Below, one piece after another: positions 30,927 through 40,209 of a stretch of 64,000 nt of DNA. Position 1 is the first letter of the stretch; the number at the start of each line of letters is the position of its first letter. A program made the position numbers and the translations under genes. The stretch is from positions 22,329-86,328 of the forward strand of contig CALHVP010000061.1 of assembly GCA_938038975.1 (NCBI GenBank), in the 5' to 3' direction. The notes beneath the pieces were generated by a model, which was given only the letters and a program-made list of their open reading frames with translations, was not told where the DNA came from and ran no database searches. This DNA is from an uncultured Maribacter sp. Lineage in GTDB: Bacteria > Bacteroidota > Bacteroidia > Flavobacteriales > Flavobacteriaceae.

Positions 30927-30950
30927 GGTCAGTAACCTAGGTTACTGACC
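30927..30950 (-). promoter_or_regulatory. Second motif GTAAC-CTAG-GTTAC within a perfect 24-bp palindrome
   Basis: GGTCAGTAACCTAGGTTACTGACC; TAGTTTTG on minus strand at 30902-30909, 23 bp from the TAAC-N4-GTTA core. Confidence 0.85.
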
Positions 30951-31035
30951 GCATAATATATACGTATCGGTCATTACCGCAATCCAGATTTTAATATCTC
31001 GATTCGGGAATTTTAGTGGTAGTAACGCAAGCAGC

Positions 31036-31944
31036 CTATTGGAGTTTATTTTTGGTGATAAACCAATAGCTAATACCTGCAGAAAAATAGAAAGTACTTT
31101 CCAAATCTTCCGTTATAATTGTATCTGCCGTCGTTATCGTAGCACTGGTTTGGGGGAATGCCAGTACAGGGGTAAAGGAAAAAATAAACTGTTTGTGATA
31201 GTATTGCAAGGGAAGGCTTAGCTCGACATTTAAAATATTGAACTCCGAAGCTTCCTGAATCTCAACTGTTGTTGAAACGGTTGAGCTAGAACCACCAGAA
31301 CCTTGCCCCTGACCTTGTCCCTTTCGATTCCCCAAACGGCTAGTACTATAATATTCCTGATAGAAATATTGAGATCCCGCATATACCGATATGGATGGGC
31401 CAATTAAAAAACTCTTGTCATTGTTATAAAAAAAACGGTCCAACAAAAGGCCTACAAAAATATCCGTAGAACTACCGTCATTGAAATAAGTGCTAGCCAT
31501 TAAGGATACTTCCAGTGCTTTTAAATCATAGCTGAGAAAACCGGAGATGTCTCCCAAAACAGAGGATTTTGCATTATAGCTATCGTCGTTAAAAAAATAG
31601 GCTGTGCTGGAAATGCCTCCACCGAGTTTTTCGCCACCAAAGGTATATCCAAAACTGGTCAGGAACAGATCTACCCTATTCTCTTCTGAGCCCACCAAAT
31701 AGGATACTGAGGCATCTACAAAAAAACCGGACGTATCATAATACCCTATGGAAGGAAAAATATAAGGCGCTACAATGGAATCTCGCCTTCCCATAAAGAC
31801 GGCGTCATTGATATAACTGATGTCCGTTAAGACATAAGATTCTGAATTTCCCGAGATTTCCTCGGTGGATTTTTTGTTGTTCTGTGCCATCAAAAATAGG
31901 GGCATGCAAAACAACACAAATGAATAGATGTGCCAAGTTTTCAT
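31036..31944 (-). CDS. Putative outer-membrane beta-barrel protein
   Basis: Signal peptide from MKTWHIY; amphipathic strands; FSAGISYWF near the C-terminus; Gly/Gln/Ser-rich loop. Confidence 0.65.
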   Translation of the reverse strand: MKTWHIYSFVLFCMPLFLMAQNNKKSTEEISGNSESYVLTDISYINDAVFMGRRDSIVAPYIFPSIGYYDTSGFFVDASVSYLVGSEENRVDLFLTSFGYTFGGEKLGGGISSTAYFFNDDSYNAKSSVLGDISGFLSYDLKALEVSLMASTYFNDGSSTDIFVGLLLDRFFYNNDKSFLIGPSISVYAGSQYFYQEYYSTSRLGNRKGQGQGQGSGGSSSTVSTTVEIQEASEFNILNVELSLPLQYYHKQFIFSFTPVLAFPQTSATITTADTIITEDLESTFYFSAGISYWFITKNKLQ

Positions 31945-32013
31945 GATTGTGAAATTTAGATGAGAAAGAAATGGGCTTTGCCATTTGGTCATGGCAAAGC
32001 CCACAAATACATT

Positions 32014-32688
32014 TTATCTAGTTGCCTTTTTACCTTTCTTTTTCGTCGAAGGTTTTTTGACTCCATTTTTCATCATCTTCTTATTGGTCATCTTATTCTT
32101 CTTAACCATCATTTTACGATGTTGGTACATGTTCTTGAACTTGGCCCCATCCATATTGATGCATTCCCCATCCTGAAGTCTCAATTGTTTGCGCTGTGCA
32201 TCTTGATAACTGCCATCGGGATTTACAATCATGCCATCGCCAAGATTTACTTGATTTTGGAGACGGTTCTGCTCCCTATTTCTTATTTGAAAGACTTCGC
32301 CTTCTATCATCATTATCTGATACCTACTTTGATTACGCTCTTGCATCTGTGCTTGGCCCAATCCTTTGTTTTCTTGTTTTACCTTGTACCTGTATTGATA
32401 TTCGTTACGATACTTGATGCCATCATTGTCCAAACATTCGCCATCTTGAAGACGCAATCTATCACGATCCCTTGTCATATAAGAGCCGTCAGGATTCACT
32501 ACGGTACCATCGTTCAAGGTGATTGGGTCCTGCAATCGTATTTGATCTCGATCTCGAATTTGGAGTACATCGCCATCGACCAGCATGAGTCGGTCTTGGT
32601 CTCGGTCTTGCACTTTATCTTGATCTTGGGCGGTTAATAGGCTTGTTCCTAAAATTATATAAGCTGCTACTAAAAATATTTTTTTCAT
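32014..32688 (-). CDS. Secreted repeat protein (DUF6799-like) with two ~70-aa repeats and Lys-rich tail
   Basis: LNDGTVVNPDGSY...LRLQDGEC repeated as LGDGMIVNPDGSY...LRLQDGEC. Confidence 0.7.
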   Translation of the reverse strand: MKKIFLVAAYIILGTSLLTAQDQDKVQDRDQDRLMLVDGDVLQIRDRDQIRLQDPITLNDGTVVNPDGSYMTRDRDRLRLQDGECLDNDGIKYRNEYQYRYKVKQENKGLGQAQMQERNQSRYQIMMIEGEVFQIRNREQNRLQNQVNLGDGMIVNPDGSYQDAQRKQLRLQDGECINMDGAKFKNMYQHRKMMVKKNKMTNKKMMKNGVKKPSTKKKGKKATR

Positions 32689-32746
32689 TGCTATAGTTTT
32701 AAATTCACACTAGGTCAAATGTATTCCTGGTTTTACTCTCCTGAAA

Positions 32747-32758
32747 TGACTTACATCA
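32747..32758 (-). promoter_or_regulatory. CRP/FNR-type box TGAC-TTAC-ATCA
   Basis: TACATTTG on minus strand at 32716-32723, 23 bp away. Confidence 0.85.
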
Positions 32759-32918
32759 GTAACTCGTTAATTTAGTTGCCAGAATTGTTTTACATAATAA
32801 AGCGCTCCTTGTAACGAGAGCCTCTTTCTTCAAAAAAAACAATCGATATTTCTGTTTCAAATTTTTAAACACTTTTTCCAAATACTTTAGCTTAACCTGT
32901 GCTGGTTTTTTGATAGAA

Positions 32919-32930
32919 TGACTTACGTCA
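32919..32930 (+). promoter_or_regulatory. CRP/FNR-type box TGAC-TTAC-GTCA
   Basis: TATTTTTA at 32954-32961, 23 bp downstream. Confidence 0.75.
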
Positions 32931-32969
32931 TGGTGTTGAAAATATTCAATAGCTATTTTTATCTTTTCG

Positions 32970-32983
32970 GTAACATAGGTTAC
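32970..32983 (+). promoter_or_regulatory. Second motif GTAAC-ATAG-GTTAC
   Basis: TATATTTT at 33006-33013, 23 bp from core; upstream of the sulfite oxidase gene. Confidence 0.75.
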
Positions 32984-33047
32984 AGTATTTAATATTGAAA
33001 GGGAGTATATTTTAAAAAATAAAATCATCTAGAAAACAAACCGCCCA

Positions 33048-34268
33048 ATGAAAAGAAGAAGATTTATGAATAGAGCCGTATTAGGTTCGGCTACTACAAT
33101 CTTAGGCACGGATATCGTGTTTAGCTCTTTCATGCCAAAAGGCTATCAACCCTTGATACTACAAGATCCGAATCCTTTTGAAATGTTCAATAAGGATAAG
33201 GGTATGGAGGTACTGAATGATAAACCATGGAACATTGAGGCCAAGGCGCATCTTTTGGATGATAAGATCACTCCCAATAAATACATGTTTATAAGAAATA
33301 ATGGGCTTATTCCAGAAAATATAGATGCCAGTTCTTGGACATTGACCATTGACGGTGAATCTGCAAAACAGCAGAAAACATTTACCCTTTCGGAACTAAA
33401 GTCAAATTTTCCGCAATACACCTATCAGCTTACGTTGGAATGTGGTGGCAACGGTCGTAGTGAATTCGATCCTCCGGCCAAAGGCAACCAATGGACAGTC
33501 GGTGCCGTATCATGCGCTACATGGACTGGGGTAAGATTACGAGATGTTTTGGAAACCGTTGGCATAAAAGACGACGCCATTTATATTGGTTACCATGCTG
33601 CCGATGTCCATCTTAGTAGAGATCCAGATAAAGAATCGATTTCTAGGGGTGCTCCAATACCCAAGGCCTTACAAAATGAAACACTATTGGCCTTTAAAAT
33701 GAACGGAGAAGATATTCCCATAGCACATGGCTATCCTTTACGACTGGTAGCCGGTGGTTGGCCGGCCTCGGTTTCAGGTAAATGGGTCAACAGAATCAGT
33801 GTGCGCAATAAAATACATGACGGTGAAAAAATGACGGGTACATCGTATCGCGTTCCTTGCAACCCCATAGCACCGGGAGAAAAAGTAAAGGATGAAGACA
33901 TGTGTATTATCGAGTCAATGCCCGTGAAGTCATTGATAACCTATCCGAAGTCAGGTGCGACCATTAAAATAGGAAATCAATTGAACATCCGAGGCCATGC
34001 TTGGGCGGGAGAACTGGAGGTTTCGAAAATGGAATATTCCATAGATTTTGGTACTACTTGGACAATCTGTCCCATAGAAAAACCCTTTAACCCCTTGGCT
34101 TGGCAACATTTTTCCGCCGCTGTAGATTTTCCCAAGAAAGGTTATTATGAGGTATGGGCAAGAGCCACAGACTCCAAAGGAGTTAGCCAACCTATGTTAT
34201 TACCTGGTTGGAACCCAAAAGGATATTTAAATAATGCATGTCATAGAATTGCAATAAAAGTCGGGTAA
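33048..34268 (+). CDS. Sulfite oxidase-family molybdoenzyme (SorA/SoxC-like), Tat-exported
   Basis: MKRRRF twin-Arg; FIRNNG, LECGGNGR (Mo-ligating Cys), WTGVRL, HGYPLRL, VWARATD. Confidence 0.93.
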   Translation: MKRRRFMNRAVLGSATTILGTDIVFSSFMPKGYQPLILQDPNPFEMFNKDKGMEVLNDKPWNIEAKAHLLDDKITPNKYMFIRNNGLIPENIDASSWTLTIDGESAKQQKTFTLSELKSNFPQYTYQLTLECGGNGRSEFDPPAKGNQWTVGAVSCATWTGVRLRDVLETVGIKDDAIYIGYHAADVHLSRDPDKESISRGAPIPKALQNETLLAFKMNGEDIPIAHGYPLRLVAGGWPASVSGKWVNRISVRNKIHDGEKMTGTSYRVPCNPIAPGEKVKDEDMCIIESMPVKSLITYPKSGATIKIGNQLNIRGHAWAGELEVSKMEYSIDFGTTWTICPIEKPFNPLAWQHFSAAVDFPKKGYYEVWARATDSKGVSQPMLLPGWNPKGYLNNACHRIAIKVG

Positions 34269-34753
34269 TGGTAGACCATGAAAAACTTGTTCAAAGCATA
34301 AAACAGATACGGAAATTGATGGTTGTTATAGTCTTGTGTTTTGTTGCTGTAGCGAGTATTCTGTTATATGTATTGATAGATCCCACAGGCTCCACTTTTA
34401 AATCAAAACAATCTTTGCAAGAATATGTAAAAGTACTAGAAGTAGACGAAGTGGGTTTTGATAAGATAGAAAATGGCATCCACGTAAGAACGGGGCTTAT
34501 AGAAGCAGAGGGATTGACGGAGGTAGTCAATAATTGCACCAACTGCCATTCCGCAAAATTGGTTACACAAAATAGGATGAACAAAGAACAGTGGATAGCC
34601 ACTATACGCTGGATGCAGGAGACACAAAATCTTTGGAATCTGGGAAACAAAGAGGAAATTATAGTGAATTATCTGGTAACCAATTATCCCTCTAAAAAAA
34701 AGGGTAGAAGAGAAATCTTGACCAATATAGAATGGTATGAATTAAAGAATTAG
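34268..34753 (+). CDS. Membrane-anchored monoheme cytochrome c (SorB-like partner)
   Basis: CTNCH; WIATIRWMQ; overlaps the oxidase stop codon. Confidence 0.88.
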   Translation: MVDHEKLVQSIKQIRKLMVVIVLCFVAVASILLYVLIDPTGSTFKSKQSLQEYVKVLEVDEVGFDKIENGIHVRTGLIEAEGLTEVVNNCTNCHSAKLVTQNRMNKEQWIATIRWMQETQNLWNLGNKEEIIVNYLVTNYPSKKKGRREILTNIEWYELKN

Positions 34754-34817
34754 ACTATATCACTTTGATGAGCTGCCCTTTGAAAAAGATAGTATTACAA
34801 TTATAAATAAATAGAAT

Positions 34818-35696
34818 ATGGAAAAGTATATTGAAGCATTTTGGAATTCTTTTACGGGAAGCCTGCAATGGACGTGGAAATCCATTTTATTCGAAGTTCC
34901 TTGGCACATGAATTATTTTTGGGGCCTTACGGTCATCTCATTAGTGGTATGGGGATTGGAAATCCTATTTCCATGGCGAAAGGAGCAATCTATTTTCAGA
35001 AGGGATTTTTGGTTGGATGCCTTTTACATGTATTTTAACTTTTTCGTATTTGCAATTGTCATAAGCGGATTTTACAAGTTGTTGGAGATTTTCTTCATGG
35101 ATGTGGGGATGACGGCCAAAAGCTTGGCCATTGTGGATATTTCTAACATGCCTATGTGGGCGCAATTACTTCTTTTCTTTATTGTGATGGATTTTGTACA
35201 ATGGTTTACCCATGTTTTGCTCCACAAATATTCATTTTTATGGAACTTTCATAAAGTGCATCATTCGGTAAAAGAAATGGGGTTTGCGGCACATCTTCGC
35301 TACCATTGGATGGAAAACATTCTATACAAACCCTTAAAAGTACTCGGTGTTATGGTATTGGGTGGTTTTGAACCAGAACAAGCCTATATTGTGCATTTCG
35401 TTGCCATAGGCATTGGGCATCTTAATCATGCCAATATAAAGGTTACCTGGGGGCCTTTGAAATATGTTTTTAACAACCCTGTAATGCACCTATACCATCA
35501 TTCATATGTGCTTCCAAAAGGCTCATACGGTGTAAACTTTGGCATTAGCCTTAGCCTTTGGGACTATATTTTTAAAACAAACTATATTCCAGAGGACAGT
35601 GGGACTATCGATTTGGGTTTCCCTGGAGATGAAGACTTCCCACAGGATTTTATACATCAGGAAATATATGGATTTAGAAAATCGAAAAAAGACTAA
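34818..35696 (+). CDS. Sterol desaturase/fatty acid hydroxylase family protein
   Basis: His boxes HVLLH, HKVHHS, HLNH, HLYHH. Confidence 0.9.
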   Translation: MEKYIEAFWNSFTGSLQWTWKSILFEVPWHMNYFWGLTVISLVVWGLEILFPWRKEQSIFRRDFWLDAFYMYFNFFVFAIVISGFYKLLEIFFMDVGMTAKSLAIVDISNMPMWAQLLLFFIVMDFVQWFTHVLLHKYSFLWNFHKVHHSVKEMGFAAHLRYHWMENILYKPLKVLGVMVLGGFEPEQAYIVHFVAIGIGHLNHANIKVTWGPLKYVFNNPVMHLYHHSYVLPKGSYGVNFGISLSLWDYIFKTNYIPEDSGTIDLGFPGDEDFPQDFIHQEIYGFRKSKKD

Positions 35697-35698
35697 AG

Positions 35699-36397
35699 TT
35701 ATGTGCCAAGTTCTGGAAGATGGACTCCTCGTCGCAAAATTGAAATACCCATTAGCATAAGCCAAAGAGCTTTTATGTGAAAAAGCGGTTTGTAGATTTC
35801 AAAGTTGTCTGGTATGCCCATGATTATTCCCATTGCTGCAAGGCCCAATAGCATGGTAAACCAGCCTAACCATCTCTGTACAATCTTCCATTTTACGAGT
35901 CCAGTGCCTAATAACACCAATCCAACTCCGGAAAAGACTCGGCCAAATCTTACAAAACAGGTCACATATTGGTTCGTGTAAAGGATGCTACCCATAAATT
36001 CCTGAATTTCACTTGTTGACTTTCCTAGGGTATTACCAACACCCCAGGCCCCAAAGTTATAATAGAAAGCAGATGCTATAGCAAGAGTAATACTGCCTAT
36101 AACAACCATTCCCACTCCTGGTGCTATTAGAACTCGATAAGGTTTCTTTAATGTAATCGATGCAAGTGCAAACATCGCAACAGCCATAATGACCCAGCCA
36201 AATATATGAATCCTATACATCCAAATCCAATTCCATAACTTCTCATCAATTAGACTAAAATCAGATACTACCAAATACTCGCCTACATGGTGTGGCGACA
36301 AAACCCAACCGCCCCAAAGCATTAATGCGGCTGCGATAAATACCCAACCTATAAATTTAGTTTCAAAATCTTTTTTTATAACTTTTTTATTTTTCAT
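35699..36397 (-). CDS. Hypothetical multi-pass membrane protein
   Basis: About 6 hydrophobic segments. Confidence 0.7.
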   Translation of the reverse strand: MKNKKVIKKDFETKFIGWVFIAAALMLWGGWVLSPHHVGEYLVVSDFSLIDEKLWNWIWMYRIHIFGWVIMAVAMFALASITLKKPYRVLIAPGVGMVVIGSITLAIASAFYYNFGAWGVGNTLGKSTSEIQEFMGSILYTNQYVTCFVRFGRVFSGVGLVLLGTGLVKWKIVQRWLGWFTMLLGLAAMGIIMGIPDNFEIYKPLFHIKALWLMLMGISILRRGVHLPELGT

Positions 36398-36500
36398 GAT
36401 TTCACACGTTTAAAACCGGTAGGATTCAATGGTACAGTTATCCACAAATCTATAAGGTGATTTAGTTTCTGAAGATGATGAATGAGGATGGGAATAAAAA

Positions 36501-36512
36501 TGATTTACATCA
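36501..36512. promoter_or_regulatory. CRP/FNR-type box TGAT-TTAC-ATCA with non-canonical spacing
   Basis: Full motif match, but the nearest good -7 element (TAGATTTG, minus, 36445-36452) is 48 bp away. Confidence 0.45.
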
Positions 36513-36541
36513 TCAATTATCTATTTTAATAGATAATAAAA

Positions 36542-36573
36542 AAAGAGCTTACCATTCTACTAGTAAGCCCTTT
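36542..36573 (-). terminator. Intrinsic terminator after rhodanese pseudogene
   Basis: Minus strand AAAGGGCTTAC-loop-GTAAGCTCTTT followed by T run. Confidence 0.6.
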
Positions 36574-36618
36574 CATCATTAATCAAAAAAACAACTTAAA
36601 CAATGTTCTAAACCATGT

Positions 36619-36960
36619 CTAACATTTTACTATCATTACCCGACCTTTTAAATCGTAAATCTTGGAAAAACCCATTTCAAAAAGTTTCCTTGAAGCTTTT
36701 TGACTTCTATTACCTGCTCTACAATATACATATAATGGCTTTTCTTGATCTAGTCGTCTAATGGCTCTATTAAATTAAGTAGGTTGAAACTAATTTATGT
36801 TTATAGCTCCGTTAATATGTTCATATTCTCGTGGAGTTCTTACATTTAACTGTTGCATGTTCATATTAACCAAGGCAACCAAAAAACTGGTTGAAGATAA
36901 TATGTTGTCATTATCTGATGTTAGTTCACTTGTACCAAAGAGGAAATTAAAAAAAGCCAT
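36619..36960 (-). pseudogene. Rhodanese (sulfurtransferase) pseudogene
   Basis: MAFFNFLFG...NVRTPREYEHINGAININ*FQPT*...LYVYCRAGNRSQKA...IYDLKG; two in-frame stops. Confidence 0.8.
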
Positions 36961-37153
36961 TTTGATTTGGGGTTTTAATCTTTATTATAGGGGTATCTTA
37001 TTTCTATATGATACTACCAATTAAAACAGAAACCGACTCTAACTTTTAGCCACACAAAGTAGGTTAAACGTACCAAAAGTCATCATATTTCCCTTTCATT
37101 TGCCGGTAAAACTATTTGAAAGCAAAAATACCATATTCTACACAAGAGTTTTG

Positions 37154-37167
37154 GTAACTTTTGTTAC
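37154..37167 (-). promoter_or_regulatory. Second motif GTAAC-TTTT-GTTAC
   Basis: TATTTTTG on minus strand at 37123-37130, 24 bp from core; faces the rhodanese pseudogene. Confidence 0.7.
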
Positions 37168-37277
37168 ACAACTCCGTGTTTTATGCTAAAAAAATGCAAA
37201 ACTTTAGATTTGGCATCTTAAGAAGTTTAAATTCTGTGGAGCCCGAATAAGCATAATAAAAAGAAATGACCTAAATA

Positions 37278-38261
37278 TTAATTGTCAGTATCAAAATTGA
37301 TACTCCATATTCCTCGAACTTCGTTATCTCCGTAGCCCATGGCCTTATCTTTTGGATACACAAATTTTAAAGCGGATAAAGTCTCTGGTAAAATTTGTTC
37401 ATCAGGTTTGCCGTGGCATTGAAGACATAGCGTATTGGTGATAATGGGGTAGTAAAAATTAACCTCTCCATTATTGATGTGTACAATCGGTTTCATATCA
37501 TCGCCTGATGCAAGTGCTTTTTTGAAGTTTAAGATATATCTCAATTCCTCTTCATTGGCTTGATTTTCCGGGTTTCTTGTTTGGTCGGAGACTCTCTTCA
37601 CAATGGCATTATTCATTATTGAAATGCTATCTGTTAGCTTTATAGCAGCAGAATGGCAAAAATCAATAGCTTCAACAATTCCTTTTTCTCGAATCACTTT
37701 AGCTAAATTTTCACCTAAAAGACTCTTGGCCTCTTTGGCATAACTAAGACCGATAGAAGCATAAAACCCCTCTGCATCTGGATAGTCAACATAGTTGCAT
37801 TTCTCCATCCCACTTCCTTTCATATGCACTTTTTGAAAACAAGAACCAAACCCTTCTGGACACTCCAATTCATTATCATAGATATAATCTGCAATTTGTG
37901 CAATGGCATCGTCAGGAATGGGCATATATGGCATAGGGCCAAATTTCGCATGAGCTCCTGGCATTTTGGTCTCCGTTTCAGGGTCATTTACCCATCGAAT
38001 CAATGCTTCCATAAATTCTTCTTTCGTCGTATTAGAATCAATGTAGTGTCTTTTAATAGCCACCATTGGTGGTGCAATTCTATTGACCATTGAAGCTTTT
38101 GGATCATGACAGAGGGAACATTCTTGTTCCATAATCAATTTCCCTAGATGTGCTTTTTCAACAATCTCTTTGTTATAAACAGGCTCCATTTTTGATTTTT
38201 GCCAATTCTCACATGCTACATTCATTAGTATCAGAAGACAAAAAAATAAATATCGCTTCAT
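37278..38261 (-). CDS. Di-heme c-type cytochrome lipoprotein (DUF3365-like C-terminus)
   Basis: Lipobox NVAC; CSLCH and CLQCH; RVSDQTRNPENQ, YPKDKAMGY...VRGIWS. Confidence 0.85.
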   Translation of the reverse strand: MKRYLFFCLLILMNVACENWQKSKMEPVYNKEIVEKAHLGKLIMEQECSLCHDPKASMVNRIAPPMVAIKRHYIDSNTTKEEFMEALIRWVNDPETETKMPGAHAKFGPMPYMPIPDDAIAQIADYIYDNELECPEGFGSCFQKVHMKGSGMEKCNYVDYPDAEGFYASIGLSYAKEAKSLLGENLAKVIREKGIVEAIDFCHSAAIKLTDSISIMNNAIVKRVSDQTRNPENQANEEELRYILNFKKALASGDDMKPIVHINNGEVNFYYPIITNTLCLQCHGKPDEQILPETLSALKFVYPKDKAMGYGDNEVRGIWSINFDTDN

Positions 38262-38310
38262 TTCGGTAATTTTTTACAGGCAAGTTCTGATTTTTACCAA
38301 TAGTAAAAAA

Positions 38311-38322
38311 TGATTATAATCA
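38311..38322 (-). promoter_or_regulatory. CRP/FNR-type box TGAT-TATA-ATCA
   Basis: Perfect palindrome upstream of the cytochrome gene; -7 position degenerate (GAACTTGC). Confidence 0.6.
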
Positions 38323-38364
38323 GGAAGGAATAATAGAGACCCAAGAGCAGATAAATTAATCACA

Positions 38365-38997
38365 TTACAAGGAAATAATCTTTACATAATTTCTATGGAG
38401 CTTTACCTTACCCATATTTTCAAGTTTCTTTAGTAATCTGGATATGACCACCCTAGAGGTGTTAAGATCGTAGGCAATTTCTTGATGGGTATTATAGATG
38501 GTGTTTTTTTTGGTTACCCGAACCTTTTCCTTCATATACTTCAGAAGACGTTCATCCATATTTAAAAAGGCGATACTGTCCAATGTTTCCATTAACTCAT
38601 TCAATCGGCTCTGGTAGGTGGTTAGTACAAAATTGCGCCAACTTTTAAAGCGAAACATCCATTCCTCCATTTTTTCTACTGGAAGCATTACTACCTTGGA
38701 TTTGGTCTCAGCAACAGCTCTTACTTCACTTTGCGTGTTACCCATACAACAGACTAAACTCATTGCACAGGTGTCTCCATCCTCTAAAAAATAGAGAAGC
38801 AGCTCGTTACCATCATTATCTTCGCGAAGAATTTTAACAACCCCGGATACCAATAATGGCATTGACTTTATATACTGTCCTATTTCCATAAGCTTTTCGC
38901 CTTCAGATAAAGCCTTAAAAGTGCCAACTTCATTAATCTCCTTTAAAAGCTCTTCCTCGAAAATATGTCCGTAATGTGTTGTCAATTCTTTAAACAT
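38365..38997 (-). CDS. Stand-alone CRP/FNR family regulator
   Basis: cNMP fold with GDTCAMSLVCC; HTH THQEIAYDLNTSRVVISRLLKKL. Confidence 0.92.
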   Translation of the reverse strand: MFKELTTHYGHIFEEELLKEINEVGTFKALSEGEKLMEIGQYIKSMPLLVSGVVKILREDNDGNELLLYFLEDGDTCAMSLVCCMGNTQSEVRAVAETKSKVVMLPVEKMEEWMFRFKSWRNFVLTTYQSRLNELMETLDSIAFLNMDERLLKYMKEKVRVTKKNTIYNTHQEIAYDLNTSRVVISRLLKKLENMGKVKLHRNYVKIISL

Positions 38998-39001
38998 ACC
39001 T

Positions 39002-40087
39002 CTAGCTATTTGAAGTTTTAAATAGTATAAACTCGCTAATATTATTCCTATCTATTGCACCAATAATTTTTCCCTTATCAGTAACAGGAAAAAAGTCCTT
39101 CTTTTCCGTGGCAATCAATTCTAATACCTTCGATATTGCCAAAGATGCATCAATAGGGTGAAATACCTTTTCCATTATTTTACCCACCAAAACAGAAGGT
39201 GTCCTGGCATTTTTCACTAGTAACTTTTGACTGATAATACCTACTATGTTTTCATTCTCTACTACCACAAAATCCTTTTCTGAACCTGCTAGGGTAATCT
39301 CTATGACTTCTTGCACTGTACTAGTGGGTTTCAATATACTGATATTTGTCAAGGTAGCTTCTTTTACTACATGACCTTGTAGTAAGGAATTTTGTTTTAC
39401 AAATTTATTCTCACCATAAGCTCCAAAAAAGATAAAAAAAGCAATCAATATCAAAAATGGATTAAAGAATAGTCCAAGAATGAAGAAAAGAATAGCTAAT
39501 CCTTGTCCAATGCTAGAGGCAATTTTTGTTGCTACAACCCGACCTAATCTAAAAGATAAGAGCGCCCTAAGTACGCGACCACCATCCATAGGAAAAGCAG
39601 GAATGAGATTAAAGACAACCAACATCACATTGGCAAAAAAGAGGTAGAACAGAAAGTTTTGAAAAGTTGGCTGGTACAACACTTCTTCCAATATCAACGC
39701 TTCAAAATTAAAATAGCTTTTCACTGGTACTATGAAATACAGCAGCAAGGCAATAAGAACATTTACGGCAGGTCCGGCGAAGGCTACCAATAATTCCTGT
39801 CCTGGTTTTTCCGGCATTTTATCTAAAGTTGCAACTCCCCCAACAGGTAACAACAGAATCTTTTGCGTGTTTATATTAAATCTTCTCGCGGTCAGTGCAT
39901 GACCCAATTCATGTAAGACCACACAAACAAATAAGACCAAAATCAATACTTCGTTGAAAAATATCCTATCAAGACTTGCGCCTTGTTGAATTTCTAAAAA
40001 AGCGACCCAAAGCAGTAATAGGGTAAACGTCCAATGTACTTCTATTTTAATTCCCAAAACGCTTCCTAATTTTAAAACTCCTTTCAT
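39002..40087 (-). CDS. Site-2 (M50) zinc metalloprotease with CBS domains
   Basis: HELGH, AGPAVN, NLIPAFPMDGG, C-terminal CBS pair. Confidence 0.93.
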   Translation of the reverse strand: MKGVLKLGSVLGIKIEVHWTFTLLLLWVAFLEIQQGASLDRIFFNEVLILVLFVCVVLHELGHALTARRFNINTQKILLLPVGGVATLDKMPEKPGQELLVAFAGPAVNVLIALLLYFIVPVKSYFNFEALILEEVLYQPTFQNFLFYLFFANVMLVVFNLIPAFPMDGGRVLRALLSFRLGRVVATKIASSIGQGLAILFFILGLFFNPFLILIAFFIFFGAYGENKFVKQNSLLQGHVVKEATLTNISILKPTSTVQEVIEITLAGSEKDFVVVENENIVGIISQKLLVKNARTPSVLVGKIMEKVFHPIDASLAISKVLELIATEKKDFFPVTDKGKIIGAIDRNNISEFILFKTSNS

Positions 40088-40136
40088 AAGCCTGATTATT
40101 TTTAGCTAAGGTATTTTGGAACTGACTTTTCATCAA

Positions 40137-40148
40137 TGACTTTGGTCA
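40137..40148. promoter_or_regulatory. Bidirectional CRP/FNR-type box TGAC-TTTG-GTCA
   Basis: TACCTTAG (minus, 40106-40113) and TACATTTG (plus, 40172-40179), each 23 bp away. Confidence 0.9.
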
Positions 40149-40209
40149 TATGAGACCTCTAGTACAAGCATTACATTTGAAACTAAATGCTAGCTAAAAT
40201 GACATACAA

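Noticed and set aside
30927-30950. 24-bp palindrome as terminator, IS end or CRISPR repeat
   Set aside because: No loop or T tract, single full copy, no transposase or cas genes; core matches the GTAAC operator
31960-32637. 225-aa plus-strand ORF
   Set aside because: Antisense shadow of the repeat protein gene 32014-32688, which has a signal peptide and boxed promoter
32756-33028. 90-aa minus-strand ORF
   Set aside because: Covers the promoter region with its operator boxes; no recognisable protein features
36797-37024. 75-aa plus-strand ORF
   Set aside because: Antisense to the rhodanese pseudogene
37267-37278. Half box TGAC-CTAA-ATAT
   Set aside because: Right half-site broken; lies at a gene 3' end
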